From the human T2T-CHM13v2.0 reference genome, Homo sapiens, in the NCBI RefSeq assembly GCF_009914755.1, contig NC_060932.1: a DNA stretch of 64,000 nucleotides; one strand, 5' to 3'. The notes below the pieces were generated by a model. That model did not search any database. It worked only from the letters and a program-made list of their open reading frames with translations, and was not told the DNA's origin. Made by a program: the position numbers and the translations under genes. Shown one piece after another: positions 59,910 through 64,000 of this stretch; within the stretch, counting starts at the first letter, position 1, and each line of letters starts with the position of its first letter.

Positions 59910-61680
59910 TGTCATGACCTTGATATTTTTTAAAGATCATGCACCAGCGATTTTGTAGAATAACCCTTCATTAGGGTTTGATGTCTTCTCATTATTAAAT
60001 TCAGGTTAGGCATCTGTGTAGCCGAAATATCACAGAAGTTGTATTATCACATCAGATGGTGCCCAATTTCAGTTTGTTTCGTGGCTTATGTTCACTTTGA
60101 TCACTTGATTAAGGTGGTGTATCCCAGAATTCATTGTGGAGTTACTCTCTTTATAGTACTTTTGAGGTGGTACTTTTGAGATTATGTAAATACTATGCTC
60201 CTCATCAAACTTGCAGTTCATTTACTTTTCAATATGAACTCATAGTTTCCTGATTCAGTGGTTCTCAAACTTGAGTGTGCGTCAGAATCTTTTGGAGGGC
60301 TTGTTAAAACAAAGACTGCCAGGTCCCATCTCTAGAGTTCCTGATTCTGTAGGTATGGAGTGAGACCTGAGAATGTGCATTTCTAACAAGTTTCCAGGTG
60401 GTACTGTTAGTGCTGCTGGCCCAGGGACCACATTTTATTACTTGTTATTGTCATTATTTTGATGCTCAAACTGTCTCTAATTTGGTCAGTGGCCAACTGG
60501 CTTCTGTGGCCTATTGACAAATCTTCATTAGTTGAACCCTTCTTTACTTTTTTGCCACAGTAAGATGTTCCAGGCTCATCTTGTACTTTCCCTGCCCCAA
60601 CCCTGGAATTGGCCATTTCTTCAAGGATCCCTGGTTTCTTTTAGTGCTAAGTGGTACTTAGAAGCCAAGATCTGAGCACCAGATGTGCTCATTGCCTTGG
60701 GGAAAGTGCCACTCCCAGGCCTTTTCAGGGGACACATTTAGAGAACATTAGTATATACATACCTACATGTTCCTATTTAAACTTCTGTATCTATTGAAAT
60801 CCATGACATCATACAGATGCCTCCAATTCTAACAATACTGTAGGGCTCCATCCTTCTCTTGACATTGAGGAACTGGGTCTCACTAGCTCTAAGATATTTA
60901 AATTATTTGATCAATCTCCCTGTATGTAACCAATCTCTCATCACCACTGCTGCCCCTCTCCCACATGGACATCCTCTTTGCACTCCTAAGGCTCTGACAC
61001 TTCACACCTGGCTGCTCCTATCATAGATGCCCCCTTTACCCTGTTTGAGCTCCAACACCCTCTGCTGACTTGCCCGCACTGCCATGGACATCCTTCTCTC
61101 TCGTACTGCATTCTAGGCTGCCCTCACAGATGGATGCTCTCCACACCTCACTTGGGCTCCAGCACTCAACACTGGACCTCCTCTGTGGCGTGGGAATGCT
61201 CTACCCTACCTAGCTCTGACCCACCACTCTGGGCTACCCACATGTGAGTACATTTTACTTGCTTGATCTCTGATTCCCCTCACTGGGTCACCCGCACCTC
61301 TGAGTGCCCTCCTCACCCTGCATGAGCCTTGACACCAGGCCCTGAGCCTTTCCTCTGTGTGGTTGTCCTCACAGTCCTCTGTGTGGGATCCAGAACTAGG
61401 CACCAAGCTCCCCACGTAGGAGGGTGCCCTCCCCATTCCCTCTGCTGAGGCTCGAACCAGCATGTCAGGCTGCTCCCCCATGTGGACACCTGACTCTCTT
61501 TGGGCTCTGACTCTACACTGGCTGTACCATCCCAGTGCCCCCACCACCCTCTACTGTCACCATTGCTGCTCTCCTCAGCCAGCTGTGGCTTTGACCCCTC
61601 ACACCAGGCTGCTTCTCTGCATAGGTGCCTGCCTTTCTCTGGCCCACCTAATGGCTTTAGGGCTGAGTTGTTCAGAAGGA
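59910..61680 (-). mobile_element. L1MC-type fragment containing MER5A (60256-60435)
   Basis: GATCACTTGATTAAGGTGGTGT, AAGATGTTCCAGGCTCATCTTGTACTTTCCCTGCCCC; MER5A CAGTGGTTCTCAAACTTGAGTG...TGCATTTCTAACAAGTTTCCAGGTG. Confidence 0.6.
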
Positions 61681-61784
61681 GGAGGGAAGGGTTATGGCCA
61701 TATTATACACATAACAGAAAGAGAAAAAAGAAGGAAGGAGAAAAAATGTCTTTTTAAAACAAACTCACCTGGAAGGAAGAAAGA

Positions 61785-62169
<385 letters not shown>

Positions 62170-62365
62170 TCACCTGGGGGTGGGGGAGGGAGAGACGATC
62201 TTTTTAAAACAAACTCACCTGGCAGCATAAACAAATAAGACAGATAAAACCAGAGCTCTCAAGCTGTTTTGCCTGAAGAAAGGATTGGAGAACCAAGAGA
62301 AGAAGAAAGGAGAAAAAAAATATATATATATAATTATTATTATATATTATAATTGTATAATATAA

Positions 62366-62683
<318 letters not shown>

Positions 62684-62771
62684 AGGAGAATATATTTTTA
62701 AAACAAATTCACCTGGGAGGAGGGAGGGAATGAAGAAGGGAGGAAGGGAAGAGAAGGAAAGGAAGGGAGAG

Positions 62772-62967
62772 TTTTGTTTTTTTTTTTTTTTTTTTTTTTG
62801 GAGGCAGAGTCTCACTCTGTCTCCCAGACTGGAGTGCAGTGGTGCGATCTCAGCTCGCTGCAACCTCTGCCTCCCAGGTTCAAGCAATTCTCATGTCTCA
62901 GCCTCCGCCGAATAGCTGGGATGACAGGCACCTGCCACCACACCCGGCTAATTTTTGTATGTTTTTA
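62772..62967 (-). mobile_element. Alu right arm, 5'-truncated
   Basis: Poly-T and antisense right arm. Confidence 0.85.
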
Positions 62968-63284
62968 GACATAAAACATGCTGGAAGGAGGAGACTTAGG
63001 ATCTTGATTTAGATGAGGAATTCATGAATTGAATTTATTGGATTTTTAAGAGAGTTTTAGTGAAATGAATCAAAAGTCAAGTACACAATTCTCCAGAAAT
63101 TGTTTGAAAATTAATTTTTGTGATGTGAAAAATAAGTAGCCACTATTGTATACAATTCTGTATTTGTGTTTTGGGCCAGTATGGCAAATCATGGCGTATT
63201 TAAAAAAAAAAATCTGTAAAGAAAAACTTCGTTATCCACATGTTAAAGTACAAAGGGAATATTGATAGTTAAAATAATTATACA

Positions 63285-63758
<474 letters not shown>

Positions 63759-64000
63759 CTATCTTTTAAAAGCATTTCTGGGAGATAACTTAAATTTTAA
63801 AAATATTTTATTACAAGAAAAACATCTGCAAGAATCTGGTGGATGTCTTAACATCTAAATCTCTGAGCATAGACGCTGAGGCCTATGCTAATAAAGGTCA
63901 AGGTGTTTCCTGTTCCTTTGTATGAATAGAAGTGTGAAAAGCATGCCTTGTGTGAACGTAAACAAATGACTTAGAAAGTTTTTACTGATTTTCTGAAATG

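Overview
Primate (almost certainly human) genomic DNA, repeat-rich, holding one complete protein-coding gene: PLEKHF2 (Phafin2) on the + strand. It has a CpG-island promoter and non-coding first exon near 35.0-35.28 kb, a ~20 kb intron, and a last exon (55278-~57935) carrying the whole 249-aa PH-FYVE-polyD ORF plus a ~1.9 kb 3'UTR. The rest is intergenic or intronic sequence with many Alus, L1PA/L1M fragments, a full-length THE1 (MaLR) provirus, MLT1 LTRs, MIR/L2 and DNA-transposon fossils. I see no convincing new gene system. The most notable unexplained structures are: an 82-bp near-perfect inverted duplication around a TA microsatellite that can be dated to after an Alu insertion (27.5-27.8 kb); a short repeated unit hit at the same L1-endonuclease site by separate Alus (61.7-62.9 kb); a piggyBac-like fossil nested in MER5 nested in L1 (48.0-50.4 kb); an Alu-L1 composite (15.0-15.4 kb); a possible BED-finger fossil (12.8 kb); and a candidate enhancer/cryptic exon (16.8 kb). 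Repeat subfamily calls and most repeat boundaries are by eye and approximate.
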